The notes under the pieces are model-generated. The model worked only from the letters and a program-made list of their open reading frames with translations, did not search any database and was not told the origin of the DNA. Below are positions 37,704-47,516 of a DNA stretch of 64,000 nucleotides, piece after piece. Both the position numbers and the translations under genes were made by a program. The DNA lies in the IMG/VR virus record IMGVR_UViG_3300032220_000699, positions 96,001 through 160,000 of that record. One strand, 5' to 3'. Positions within the stretch are counted from its first letter, which is position 1, and the number at the start of each line of letters is the position of its first letter. Source of the DNA: a virus.

Positions 37704-37830
37704 TTGTTTCTCCTTCTGTTAAATAAACTACAGATGATGCAATTATTATATATGTAACTACTATAGCGTCAAAAACAAATAAAAATACTGCCAAGGATTT
37801 CTCCCTGGCAGTATTTTTTAACGAGTCAAA

Positions 37831-39057
37831 TTACGACTTGTAGTTCTTGATGCAAACGGCGGTGTAGGCCAGGATACCCTTGACCAGAGCCATGTTAGCG
37901 CTCAGAACCTTGGTTTCCAGCATCGGACCCTTGGTCAGAACCATGTTGAAGGAACGAACGGCGGTCTTGGCAGACTTAGCGTCAGCGCCTTGCTTGGCCT
38001 GGATTTCCTTGTCGATAGCCTTGAAGGAGTTGGTGACAGCCTTAGCACGCTGCTCAACCTTGTCACGATACTTGATCATGGCCTTGGTGACAGTGATACA
38101 ACCGGCGATCAGGTTCTTCAGGGTTTCCTTGTTGGCGATATCAAGCTGGGTGTCCTTACGGCCATCGCTGAACTTACCATGGTCTTCTTCAACTTCCAGG
38201 TTGATAACGGTAACGCCGTCATCTTGTTCTTCTTCAAGCTTGAACGTCCACTTGAAGTAAGCACCACCCGGCAGAGGAGCAGTTTCCGAACCCATCTCAA
38301 CAACGATACCGCTCTTGGCAGCTTGAGCAGCCTTGATAACGTCGTTCAGGCTAGCAACTTGAGCGATGTCTTGCAGCATACGGAAACCACTGATAGCGGC
38401 TTCAGCCTTGGACACGGTGTCAACGAAGGTCTTCAGTTCGTCAACGCCCAGGTTAGCACCCTTGACCGGGAACACAGAACGCAGGTTACCAGGAACTTCG
38501 ATCGGCTCGTAAGTACCAGAACCCTTGGTCTGCGAAACCTTGTCCTTCATGGATTCCAGAGCCTTCAGCATACGACCCAGTGAAGAGACGTGCTTGTTCC
38601 AGAAAGCCTTAACCTTTTCCCACAGTGAGGAAAGAGCAGACTTGATCTTTTCCCACAGGTTCTTCAGGAATTCACCCAGACCTTCCAGAGCGTACTTGGT
38701 GTTAGCCTTACGCGAGGAAGCAGAAGCGAAGTTTTCGGTAGCGTACAGGGAGTACACAGCCTTCGGGTTAGCACCGATACGAGCGCAGATGGCTTCGACA
38801 GCGATCTTGATGGCTTCAGCAGCAACCGGATCAAGGCCTTCGCCTTCAGCAGCTTGTTCAACAACTTCTTCAACTTGTTCCAGTTGGTCAGCAGCGCCCA
38901 TACCTTCTTCAACGCCAGCAGCAACTTCAGTCATTTCACCGGCATCGGCTTCGACTTCAACTTGAACGTCAGCAACTTCACCAACTTCCGGTGCAGCTTC
39001 CAGTTCAACTTCAGTACCTTCCAGTTCGGCTTCTTCCAGAGCAAAAAGTTTTGCCAT
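37831..39057 (-). CDS. phiKZ-type internal head protein, probably abundant
   Basis: MAKLFALEE, acidic propeptide, YALEGLGEFLKNLWEKIKSALSSLWEKVK; strongly biased codons. Confidence 0.85.
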   Translation of the reverse strand: MAKLFALEEAELEGTEVELEAAPEVGEVADVQVEVEADAGEMTEVAAGVEEGMGAADQLEQVEEVVEQAAEGEGLDPVAAEAIKIAVEAICARIGANPKAVYSLYATENFASASSRKANTKYALEGLGEFLKNLWEKIKSALSSLWEKVKAFWNKHVSSLGRMLKALESMKDKVSQTKGSGTYEPIEVPGNLRSVFPVKGANLGVDELKTFVDTVSKAEAAISGFRMLQDIAQVASLNDVIKAAQAAKSGIVVEMGSETAPLPGGAYFKWTFKLEEEQDDGVTVINLEVEEDHGKFSDGRKDTQLDIANKETLKNLIAGCITVTKAMIKYRDKVEQRAKAVTNSFKAIDKEIQAKQGADAKSAKTAVRSFNMVLTKGPMLETKVLSANMALVKGILAYTAVCIKNYKS

Positions 39058-39132
39058 TTTCTTTACCTCAATTTAAAAAAAGTTAATCACACGTGTGGTT
39101 AGTATTTTAACCACATTATTTCTAGTATATTA

Positions 39133-40536
39133 CTAGGACTTGAGTTCGATACACTTATTGATAATGGTATCGAGGTTAAGAATATAGCTCATAAGCATGG
39201 TAACATTACTGTAATATGCTTCAGAAACTAGTTTAAACTTAATGAAGTCTTTGACCTTGGAGTCAATGTCGAGTTCCGCTAAGTTGGAATATTTATCCTG
39301 TTCTACGTCATAGATGAAGACCTTGATCTCATCTATTAATTTATTAAGGTTAGAGTTTACGACGTTGAAATTATCAACGGACATACTTAGATCAATCAAC
39401 ATCTTATCCAAGTTTGTCATCAAAAAATCTAATTCTTTATCTTCAGTGATGCCTACTGCATCAAGATTGTATAGATATTCAGTCTTGAATGTCTTAAGTT
39501 GATAATAGTGGAAGTTCTCAATATTAGCCTTGAGATAGTTTTCATACTGATCGAGGTGTGCTCGAATCATATTGAATCCTGGTAACATTGCCTTGTAAGC
39601 AAAGTCATCTTCTTCCGAAACAAAATTCGCATTGCTTAATGCTGAACCAATAGAATTAAAGTCGTTATTAAGCACATAATTAACGAACTTATTAGAATTT
39701 TCAATATAATTAACCAGAAGTTTGCACGTCTCTCTCGGATCGGATTTGTCAAGAACAGAGATCTCTGCTAAGAGTTTCTGGTCATTAACTAGATTGTGAG
39801 TGAAGTGATACTTACGGTTTTCAATAAACTGTCTTAGAACTGTAAGACGTTCATTGATATTTTTAATGGATTCAGCATTGCTATCGATAAAAGTTTTATT
39901 CTTACCGATATAGTTGTTCGCAATCGTGACAAGATTGTTCAATGCTTCAAGTACAGATTCTTTAACATAGACAATCGGTTGTTCTTCGATAGCTATACGC
40001 TGTGCAATATTGAATGATTCCATCGACACCATATACTTGTCATAAGACCTTTTCAACGGATTAAAGACATTTGACAAGGTTACTTTTTTACCAGAAAGTT
40101 TAAGTGATTCCTGAGCAGACTTTTCACCATCGTCTTCACCTTCATCATTGGACATACCTGACCCAATTACTGATTTAAGTGAATCTTTGTCATCAGCTTG
40201 CGACGAAAGGTTTTCATCACCTTTGTCATTAGTGTTGTCGCTATCAGAGTTTCCCGAGTTATCTTCTCCGGAACCACCTTCACCATTTTCTTTGTTTTCT
40301 TCACCTTGGCCATCGCTATCGCCTCCAGAACCATCTTCATCAGGATTCTCAGGTTCAGCATCCAGACGATCTTGAATCTCTGTCTTTAGCTCTTGGCGTT
40401 GTTTAATAATGTCAGCGGTAAGAGACACAGGGTCTTTATTCTTTTCCGCTAATTTCAACACCTTGTCAATGAGAAGATCATTGGCTTCAGTATCTACTTT
40501 CTTACCTTCTTCTTCAAGCGCAAATAACTTTGCCAT
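39133..40536 (-). CDS. head protein with a processed acidic N-terminal region
   Basis: MAKLFALEE N-terminus, long D/E/G/S linker, SAQE/SME/AIE sites. Confidence 0.7.
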   Translation of the reverse strand: MAKLFALEEEGKKVDTEANDLLIDKVLKLAEKNKDPVSLTADIIKQRQELKTEIQDRLDAEPENPDEDGSGGDSDGQGEENKENGEGGSGEDNSGNSDSDNTNDKGDENLSSQADDKDSLKSVIGSGMSNDEGEDDGEKSAQESLKLSGKKVTLSNVFNPLKRSYDKYMVSMESFNIAQRIAIEEQPIVYVKESVLEALNNLVTIANNYIGKNKTFIDSNAESIKNINERLTVLRQFIENRKYHFTHNLVNDQKLLAEISVLDKSDPRETCKLLVNYIENSNKFVNYVLNNDFNSIGSALSNANFVSEEDDFAYKAMLPGFNMIRAHLDQYENYLKANIENFHYYQLKTFKTEYLYNLDAVGITEDKELDFLMTNLDKMLIDLSMSVDNFNVVNSNLNKLIDEIKVFIYDVEQDKYSNLAELDIDSKVKDFIKFKLVSEAYYSNVTMLMSYILNLDTIINKCIELKS

Positions 40537-40545
40537 GGTAACCTC

Positions 40546-41124
40546 TTAATAGTAATCTGCGAAAATGTACTTGAAGAACGTGATAAATGTATCACGATTA
40601 GTTTCTGACAGTTCAGTCAAGAATGTTTCCCAGTTATTGACATAATAAGTTTGCTTTTCAAACTCACGAAGATTTTCAATAACTTTGTCTGTTGTCAGCG
40701 CATTGTTATGAACAAAACGAATATTGAACGGAACAATAGCGTAGTCACGATAGTTCGTAAAGAACTTGCCATTGATACAATCAAGACAGAATTTACGAGA
40801 GATATTTGACAAAGTCGTATTAGTTGCTTGAAGTTTAAAGAAAGAAGAAAAATCAATTTCTTTAAAAATTTCAATAGCAACATTGACTAAAGCAATATAA
40901 TTTTCAAACGTTGGGCAATCATGATAACTATCCAACAGTCTGTTAATAGTGTCAGAACGATAAACATTCTTATTCTTATAAAACTCAACCAGCGTAGCGT
41001 CGTTCGAAGCAACGATAGAACGATTAAAGATAGAATCAGAGACAGTATCTTCGGGCTGGAAAGGCTTGAAATAGTTATTTGCCGGGATCATGAAACCCGA
41101 AGCAGCTACTATGAATTCATTCAT
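40546..41124 (-). CDS. putative virion protein
   Basis: 192 aa in the head cluster. Confidence 0.55.
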   Translation of the reverse strand: MNEFIVAASGFMIPANNYFKPFQPEDTVSDSIFNRSIVASNDATLVEFYKNKNVYRSDTINRLLDSYHDCPTFENYIALVNVAIEIFKEIDFSSFFKLQATNTTLSNISRKFCLDCINGKFFTNYRDYAIVPFNIRFVHNNALTTDKVIENLREFEKQTYYVNNWETFLTELSETNRDTFITFFKYIFADYY

Positions 41125-41176
41125 GTCAATTCCTAAGTGTAAAATATCAAAAAATTAGGGACAGAGATAAGAATTA

Positions 41177-41210
41177 ATAAGAGACTGAGTCCGAAGACTC
41201 AGTCTCTTAT
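41177..41210 (-). terminator. strong hairpin with a UUCG loop
   Basis: GAGACTGAGTC-TTCG-GACTCAGTCTC extended by ATAA/TTAT. Confidence 0.7.
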
Positions 41211-41213
41211 AGT

Positions 41214-42137
41214 TTACTCTACGCTTTCTTCAATCTTAGCAAGCTTGTAATCAATATCTGTAATACGTTTCTGGAGGTGTTCAATCTCCTTTTCCATGTT
41301 CAGATCTGATTGACCTTGTTCCTTCATGAGTTTCATATGAAGATAACGCAGTTCAAGCAGCTTCTTCTTGTCTTTCAATTCACGGTAGCGATCAGCTTCC
41401 CACTGAGCGAAGATCAAACGAACAGAATAAATAGGTGAACCAATAAACTCATTCGGAAGATTGTTGAACATATCAATCTTTTCAGCATTGTAGATATCAA
41501 CTACGTTGTCAACTTCTTCCTTAGGAAGCATGACCTCAGTGATATCCTTCAATCGATCTGTAAAGACTTCGTGGGATTCACCGTACAGTGCAACCATACG
41601 AGCAAAAATCCAGATGTTCTTAGTGATAAATTCTTTTTGCTTCTTGTTGAGCTTATATTCTTTATTCAAGCCATGGTCGCCATTTTCTGCTTCTATGACA
41701 TAGAAAAAGTTAGCAAGATCAAGAGCAAACTTAGTCATGAAATAATAATGACCAACCGCACGAAGCAGATTAGCCTTATAAGCTGTTAAAGCTTGACTGA
41801 TAACAACATCATTGATCGCGTCGCTGATTTCCTTAAACAAGTAATCACCGTTGGTCTTGATGTTCTTAAACAGAATAAGAATGTCTGAAGCGATATTTTT
41901 ATTTGGAGAAAGCTTAACCTTATGTTTAACTTGACCAATTTCTTTATAAAATTCTTTAATAACTTTTGTAGCTTCGTCACTAGCAGGCGGAGCTACACGG
42001 TAAGCTTCTTCAAGAGAAGTGTAGATATCATTAACAGTAGAGATTGCTTCAAGAGAAATCTCCATATCTGTTTCAATATCAGATTTAGAGAAAGAGGGAA
42101 GCAGTTTCTTTACGAAGCCTGCGATATTTAATTGCAT
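41214..42137 (-). CDS. phiKZ-like head/inner-body protein
   Basis: 307 aa; ISLE site; C-terminal coiled coil; family recalled. Confidence 0.6.
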   Translation of the reverse strand: MQLNIAGFVKKLLPSFSKSDIETDMEISLEAISTVNDIYTSLEEAYRVAPPASDEATKVIKEFYKEIGQVKHKVKLSPNKNIASDILILFKNIKTNGDYLFKEISDAINDVVISQALTAYKANLLRAVGHYYFMTKFALDLANFFYVIEAENGDHGLNKEYKLNKKQKEFITKNIWIFARMVALYGESHEVFTDRLKDITEVMLPKEEVDNVVDIYNAEKIDMFNNLPNEFIGSPIYSVRLIFAQWEADRYRELKDKKKLLELRYLHMKLMKEQGQSDLNMEKEIEHLQKRITDIDYKLAKIEESVE

Positions 42138-42149
42138 AACGTTCTCCTA

Positions 42150-43292
42150 TTAAAAGCTTGGTGCGTTATTCAGAGAAAACGCTTTGATGATATCAGCGAT
42201 ATTGTTATTACCCTTATCGCTCATAGACTTGAATGCGTCAAAGGAGTTCTGGCTAAAGCCATCGATATCCTTAACATAAATACTTACACGTTCCCATTCC
42301 TTATCAACAACAACGATCATCATCGCAGATGTGTTATTGAAGATAATTTCACGGGTATGTTCATTGGTTAATTTACCACCAATTTGTTTCTGGATGTATG
42401 ATTCATCTTCTTCAGAGATAACCACGATACTAGAAACGCCTGCCAACGAGATGTTACCGCTCAAAGCAGAATACATACGGGAGTTATTAATACGTTTCAT
42501 CAACTGGTTATAGTAACCAGTGGGGTCTTTGATCATTGTCTTCTTCTGAGTCTTAATCAGATCAGAACACAAGATGAAATCTTTAATAAAACCGATACGA
42601 CCAGAAATAGCGTCCTTAAAACGGCTACCAAGTGTAATCTCATCAGAATTAGCTGTCAGGATTTGATCAATCACATCGGCCGGAATAACCATGTTGTCGA
42701 GTTTAACAACAACAGGAATAGTAATTTCATCAGAAGCCTTACTGTCATTACCACGAACAGTAAACTTAACTTCCATAACTTTACCAACAGCTGATCCAAG
42801 CTTTTCGAAGGTTTCCAATTTCTGTGTAGAATTACCAAGTGAATTGGTAGAATCTTCATCAAAAATAGATTCCATAACAAATGAAGGCTTTTCTGAACCA
42901 AGCATTGGAAGCTTATATTTACAATTTTCAAGAGACAGTGTTTTCACATTAAGACTCTCATAGGCTGTATAACCAGAAGTCAATAATGTTTTCATATCAC
43001 GATCTGGATTAGTTTTATCCAAGATCTTTAAAATACGAACGTCTGACAATTGTGCCGAAAGAATATGCACAGCTTGCAGATAGAAAGCGGCATAGATATT
43101 TAAAACACCATGAAGAATGTTATAAAGTTCTTTTGTACCTGTCAGGTTTGACGAGATAAGTGTGATCGGTTCAACTCTAGCGATCTTTGAAATATCGGCT
43201 AAAGAGACCGGATCACCCACCGTACCTTTATAGGTTACAACCACATTCCTTAGCATCTCCAGGAATGTCGGTTCACCATTAGCATTTGCCAT
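42150..43292 (-). CDS. phiKZ-like head/inner-body protein
   Basis: SLADISKIARVEPITL pattern recalled from phiKZ-like head proteins; AYE/SLE sites. Confidence 0.6.
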   Translation of the reverse strand: MANANGEPTFLEMLRNVVVTYKGTVGDPVSLADISKIARVEPITLISSNLTGTKELYNILHGVLNIYAAFYLQAVHILSAQLSDVRILKILDKTNPDRDMKTLLTSGYTAYESLNVKTLSLENCKYKLPMLGSEKPSFVMESIFDEDSTNSLGNSTQKLETFEKLGSAVGKVMEVKFTVRGNDSKASDEITIPVVVKLDNMVIPADVIDQILTANSDEITLGSRFKDAISGRIGFIKDFILCSDLIKTQKKTMIKDPTGYYNQLMKRINNSRMYSALSGNISLAGVSSIVVISEEDESYIQKQIGGKLTNEHTREIIFNNTSAMMIVVVDKEWERVSIYVKDIDGFSQNSFDAFKSMSDKGNNNIADIIKAFSLNNAPSF

Positions 43293-43374
43293 TTTTTATT
43301 CTCCAATGTTTCAATGAGTACTAAATTAATACAAGTTAAATCGGGTGAAATTCAAACTATTTTAAGGCTTAATC

Positions 43375-44577
43375 ATGGCAGATAGTTCCTCTTCTGGTCA
43401 AGAGGTTGTATTTAATTCCTCTGTTGATCAAATGTTAGAAAACATGCCAGTTGGTAGCGTAAGCAAAGCTATTGGCAATAACATGTACGGTGTTAACTTT
43501 AGACAGACAGGAAACCCTGTTCCTCGTGCTAAAGATATGTATGGTTTCACATTCTTTACGAGACCTCAGTTAAATCTGACTCGAATGAATATCACAAACT
43601 ATAGGGGTTTTTATAATTTATTAACAGACAACATGACAAGTTATCAGGCATTCACACGTTTGATGCTTGATCCTAGACTACAACATGTTGGTCAATTAAT
43701 CTGTCCTTTTGCTGATAAGAATAATGCATTTATTCCTATCTTGACAAATAATATTCAGTCTTTATCTGGGTGGCCTGATCTTACTGCTCCTACTTACACT
43801 AGTGAAGCTGGACAGTTTGGTGAAGAACATAGCATGGTTGATGGTGTAACTAACCACTTCGAGTCATTTGATTTGGACGTTACATTTAAAAATACAAAGG
43901 GTAATCCCTTAATCTATTTCTTCTATATATGGATTAAATACCAGACTCTTGTCTTTGAAGGTATTCTTAATCCGTATATCGACATGATCACTGAAAACGA
44001 GATTGACTATAACACTCGTATTTATCGTCTTGTTCTTGATCAACAGAAACGTTATGTAACGTACATTGGGTCAACTGGTGCTAGTTTTCCTATGAACGTT
44101 CCGACTGGTTCTCTATTTGACTTTAACGTCGATACACCTTTTAATACAAGAAACACAGAAATAAATATTCGGTTTAAGAGCATGGGATTCTGTGCTTTCG
44201 AAGATATCTTAAAACTCGAATTTAACAAGACTCAGGCTATCTTTAATTCAGATATCCGAAATATTCTTAAGCACGATCTTAAAGACAGTATTAGTGATAG
44301 TCAAAAAGCTCGTGACGATGGTATGACAGTTTATCGTGTGCCTGGCTGTAACTATGTTAAGATCCCACATTTCTTAGCTATGTCTATGGACACTAGTGTC
44401 TTTAGTAATAGTTTCTTTAGTGTTAATCATAGAGCATATCCCTACATTAACTTAGTCACAAATGAACTTGAGTGGTGGGTTGATGAAAGAAGATTTAAAC
44501 AGTCTAATGAAAAAGACTTTAAGAACATGGTTGAAAAGAACGGACTTCCGTCTAACGATCTACCCTATGACGGCTAA
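43375..44577 (+). CDS. phiKZ-like baseplate/tail structural protein
   Basis: 400 aa; GFTFFTRPQLNL, LSGWPD, YNTRIYRLVLD patterns; divergent from the head cluster. Confidence 0.6.
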   Translation: MADSSSSGQEVVFNSSVDQMLENMPVGSVSKAIGNNMYGVNFRQTGNPVPRAKDMYGFTFFTRPQLNLTRMNITNYRGFYNLLTDNMTSYQAFTRLMLDPRLQHVGQLICPFADKNNAFIPILTNNIQSLSGWPDLTAPTYTSEAGQFGEEHSMVDGVTNHFESFDLDVTFKNTKGNPLIYFFYIWIKYQTLVFEGILNPYIDMITENEIDYNTRIYRLVLDQQKRYVTYIGSTGASFPMNVPTGSLFDFNVDTPFNTRNTEINIRFKSMGFCAFEDILKLEFNKTQAIFNSDIRNILKHDLKDSISDSQKARDDGMTVYRVPGCNYVKIPHFLAMSMDTSVFSNSFFSVNHRAYPYINLVTNELEWWVDERRFKQSNEKDFKNMVEKNGLPSNDLPYDG

Positions 44578-44591
44578 AGGAGTAAAAAAAG

Positions 44592-47468
44592 ATGCCTGAT
44601 ATAACACCCACTAATACACTTAATATCGCAGATGAACTTGATAAGTTAAGTCTGTACAAATATCATCCTAATGGTATTTTAAATGTATCTTTGAATCGTC
44701 TTACCGACATGCTTGATGGTAAGGTTGAAATCACAGATCCTTCGAATCCATTTACTTATCTGCTTGAAACCTCTTGTCTTAATACAGCATTTGCTATTCA
44801 GGAGTATACTCTTCTGACTCGTAAGCTTTATCCACGTCTTGCTAATACAGAAAAAGATCTGTACATGCATATGTCGGATTATGACTATCTTGGTATTTTC
44901 TCAGAACCTTCATACGGGACTGTGAAGTTCAATATCCTGTTTAATGATTTTAAAACAAAGGCTAAGTACGATCCTGTTCAAAAGGAATACGTTCTGAAGC
45001 TTCCTCGTCATCTTAAATTAACTGTTGATAAGTATATCTTTACACTTACCTCAGCTATTATTATCCGGTTGACAGAAACAGGTGTTGTTGATGTTAAGTT
45101 TGAAAATCAAGACTTCAACAATATCTTTCCTGTTGAAACAAATTACATTAACTTTAACTTCTATAGCGTTAATCAAAACGAGACGTACATTACGTTTGAT
45201 TTGAAACTTCCTGAAGTTGATATTGAACCTGTAGAAATTCCGCTTGAAAAGTCTAAGCTCTTTAAGGGTTCTATGACTTTCAATCCGAAGAGAAAGTTCT
45301 ATTACTTCCGTGCCTTCTATATGAAGGATGGTATTTGGAATGAGATGCTCATTACACATACTGACGAAGTTTACGATATTTACAAACCAACATGTATTGT
45401 TAAAGTTCTTCAGAATGAAAACTCTGTAGAATACTACGTGCCACCTGTTTATGTCAATAGCGGGCAGATTGATTCCAAGGTTAAGTTCTTGGTTTACACC
45501 ACGAATGGTTATATTAATGTTAACTTCAATGACTTTGTAATTGGTAGCTTCTCTAGCGAATACAACCCTGTGTTCCCGGATGAAGAACTAGATGACCAAA
45601 CAGAACCTCTTCAGTTGATCAGTAAGGTTATCTTTATTAAAGATAAGATCGTCGGTGGTCGAGATAATCTCACCTTTGATCAAATCAAAGAAGCTGTTAT
45701 CAATAACAGTATCGGTGATCGTCAGCTCCCGATTACAAATAAACAAAAAGAGTATTCTGTCATTCAGAATAACTTTAAACTTATCAAAGACGTGGATGTG
45801 GTTACTAACCGTGTCTTCCTTCTTGAAACAGATATTCCTAAGGCTAACACACGTTATCCTATCACTAAGTTCAATCTTGACATTATTGAATTCAAGACAA
45901 CTATTTCTAACCTAAAGAATAATGGTAACAATGTTGTTGATGTTAATTCTAGCGTTACGATTATTCCCGAAGGTTCTATCTTTAAGTTAACGACAGATGG
46001 TCTGTCAATGTTAACTGAACAAGAATATAATCAATTAACTAGCTTGTCTGATATTCAATTGGCAACCGAAGTTAATAACAATGTTTATCTTTCAACGATG
46101 TATCATTATGTTCTTGATACATCTTCAAATGAAACTCAACTTAGACCTTATGAGGTTTCTAATCCCACTGTTCCGCGTATTAGCTTTAAGGAGTTTAATG
46201 CGACAGGTCGAGTTGGTGTCAATACAACCAATACAGGTATCACTAAGACTAACGAGGGTTACACACTGAATGTCTTAGCTAATCTGAAGAAATACGTTAA
46301 CACTATCAATGAAACGAATGTTAAACCATATCTTGTCTTTACGGATAAGAATAATAGTCGTTTCTTCTTGGAAAGTTCTCTCTTCACCGAGATCAATAAT
46401 AATCCGGTCTATAAATTCAATATCGAAACAAACTTCTATATTGATAAAAATAACCAATTGAATGTCACTAACTTTAGAGACATCAATAATAATCAAGCTA
46501 ATATCTTCATTGACTTGGATTCTACCTTAGAAATCATCTATATCAGTAACACAATTCCTCCGGCTTATGTATCCGGTGAATTGGATAACTATATCTTTAA
46601 TAGTTACCTTGGTATTGGTAACTGTGTTGTGACACTTGAAGAAATCAAGATCAACTTCTGTAGCTATCTTAAGTATCTTTATAACCAAATTCATAGCAGC
46701 ACTGGTTCTTACGAGTATCAGACTTATGATGAAGACGTTCCTTTACGTTACACATCACATGTTTATAACAATGCTAACGCACTTATACATGCTGTAAATG
46801 ATATTGTTCATGATGATAACAACGAGGTTGTATTTAAACATCGTAAGGGTGACATTGTACTTGATGCAAATAATAACCCTGTCCCTATTAATGCGCTTGA
46901 ATTAACTCGTTATCTTAATTTGTTGTTTATTGACTATCGTGCTCAATTGGCTACAAAGAAGAATACAGTTGATTATAGAAAACAAGTTAAGTCTTATCTG
47001 ACTGAAAATATTACAACAAACGCGGTAAGTGTTCAGAATCAACTTCTGGAAAACACCGAAGCCTATGTTGTTGTTCCTAAGAATATTAATCTGACTACTG
47101 TTAAAACACCCTATCGCACAATAAATATTTCTTGTCTACAATCATTTATTTTCGACGTGAATGTTTCTGAAACAGTTTACAACGATGTAAATATTCGTGA
47201 CAATATTGAATATACAATTATTGATGAAACTGATAATTATTTATCAGCTAACACAACTTATAGCAGAACAGCTTTGCTTGACATTCTGTATAATAAGTTA
47301 AAAGAGTATGTACGAAGTATTAGTATTCCTAAGTTTACTGAACTTAATGAAGAGTTTATTGAGCTTGTGAATACAAACTATCGCATCAGTCTAAATAAGG
47401 TTTTAACTGTTGATACCGACGGTTATGATCTCAAAGAAGACATTGTTGTTAATTTCGTTAAGACGTAA
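44592..47468 (+). CDS. large baseplate (wedge-like) protein
   Basis: 958 aa; NPFTYLLE...LYPRLA...DLYMHMSDYDY N-terminal pattern of phiKZ-like baseplate proteins. Confidence 0.6.
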   Translation: MPDITPTNTLNIADELDKLSLYKYHPNGILNVSLNRLTDMLDGKVEITDPSNPFTYLLETSCLNTAFAIQEYTLLTRKLYPRLANTEKDLYMHMSDYDYLGIFSEPSYGTVKFNILFNDFKTKAKYDPVQKEYVLKLPRHLKLTVDKYIFTLTSAIIIRLTETGVVDVKFENQDFNNIFPVETNYINFNFYSVNQNETYITFDLKLPEVDIEPVEIPLEKSKLFKGSMTFNPKRKFYYFRAFYMKDGIWNEMLITHTDEVYDIYKPTCIVKVLQNENSVEYYVPPVYVNSGQIDSKVKFLVYTTNGYINVNFNDFVIGSFSSEYNPVFPDEELDDQTEPLQLISKVIFIKDKIVGGRDNLTFDQIKEAVINNSIGDRQLPITNKQKEYSVIQNNFKLIKDVDVVTNRVFLLETDIPKANTRYPITKFNLDIIEFKTTISNLKNNGNNVVDVNSSVTIIPEGSIFKLTTDGLSMLTEQEYNQLTSLSDIQLATEVNNNVYLSTMYHYVLDTSSNETQLRPYEVSNPTVPRISFKEFNATGRVGVNTTNTGITKTNEGYTLNVLANLKKYVNTINETNVKPYLVFTDKNNSRFFLESSLFTEINNNPVYKFNIETNFYIDKNNQLNVTNFRDINNNQANIFIDLDSTLEIIYISNTIPPAYVSGELDNYIFNSYLGIGNCVVTLEEIKINFCSYLKYLYNQIHSSTGSYEYQTYDEDVPLRYTSHVYNNANALIHAVNDIVHDDNNEVVFKHRKGDIVLDANNNPVPINALELTRYLNLLFIDYRAQLATKKNTVDYRKQVKSYLTENITTNAVSVQNQLLENTEAYVVVPKNINLTTVKTPYRTINISCLQSFIFDVNVSETVYNDVNIRDNIEYTIIDETDNYLSANTTYSRTALLDILYNKLKEYVRSISIPKFTELNEEFIELVNTNYRISLNKVLTVDTDGYDLKEDIVVNFVKT

Positions 47469-47476
47469 ATAAGATA

Positions 47477-47506
47477 TCCAAGAGAGGGAGTGATCCCTCT
47501 CTTGGA
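47477..47506. terminator. hairpin between convergent genes
   Basis: 13-bp perfect stem TCCAAGAGAGGGA/TCCCTCTCTTGGA. Confidence 0.75.
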
Positions 47507-47516
47507 CTCTTTATGA

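Noticed and set aside
37831-39057. Recent horizontal acquisition of the GC-richer gene
   Set aside because: It is a clear member of the resident paralog family; the shift is mostly at third codon positions
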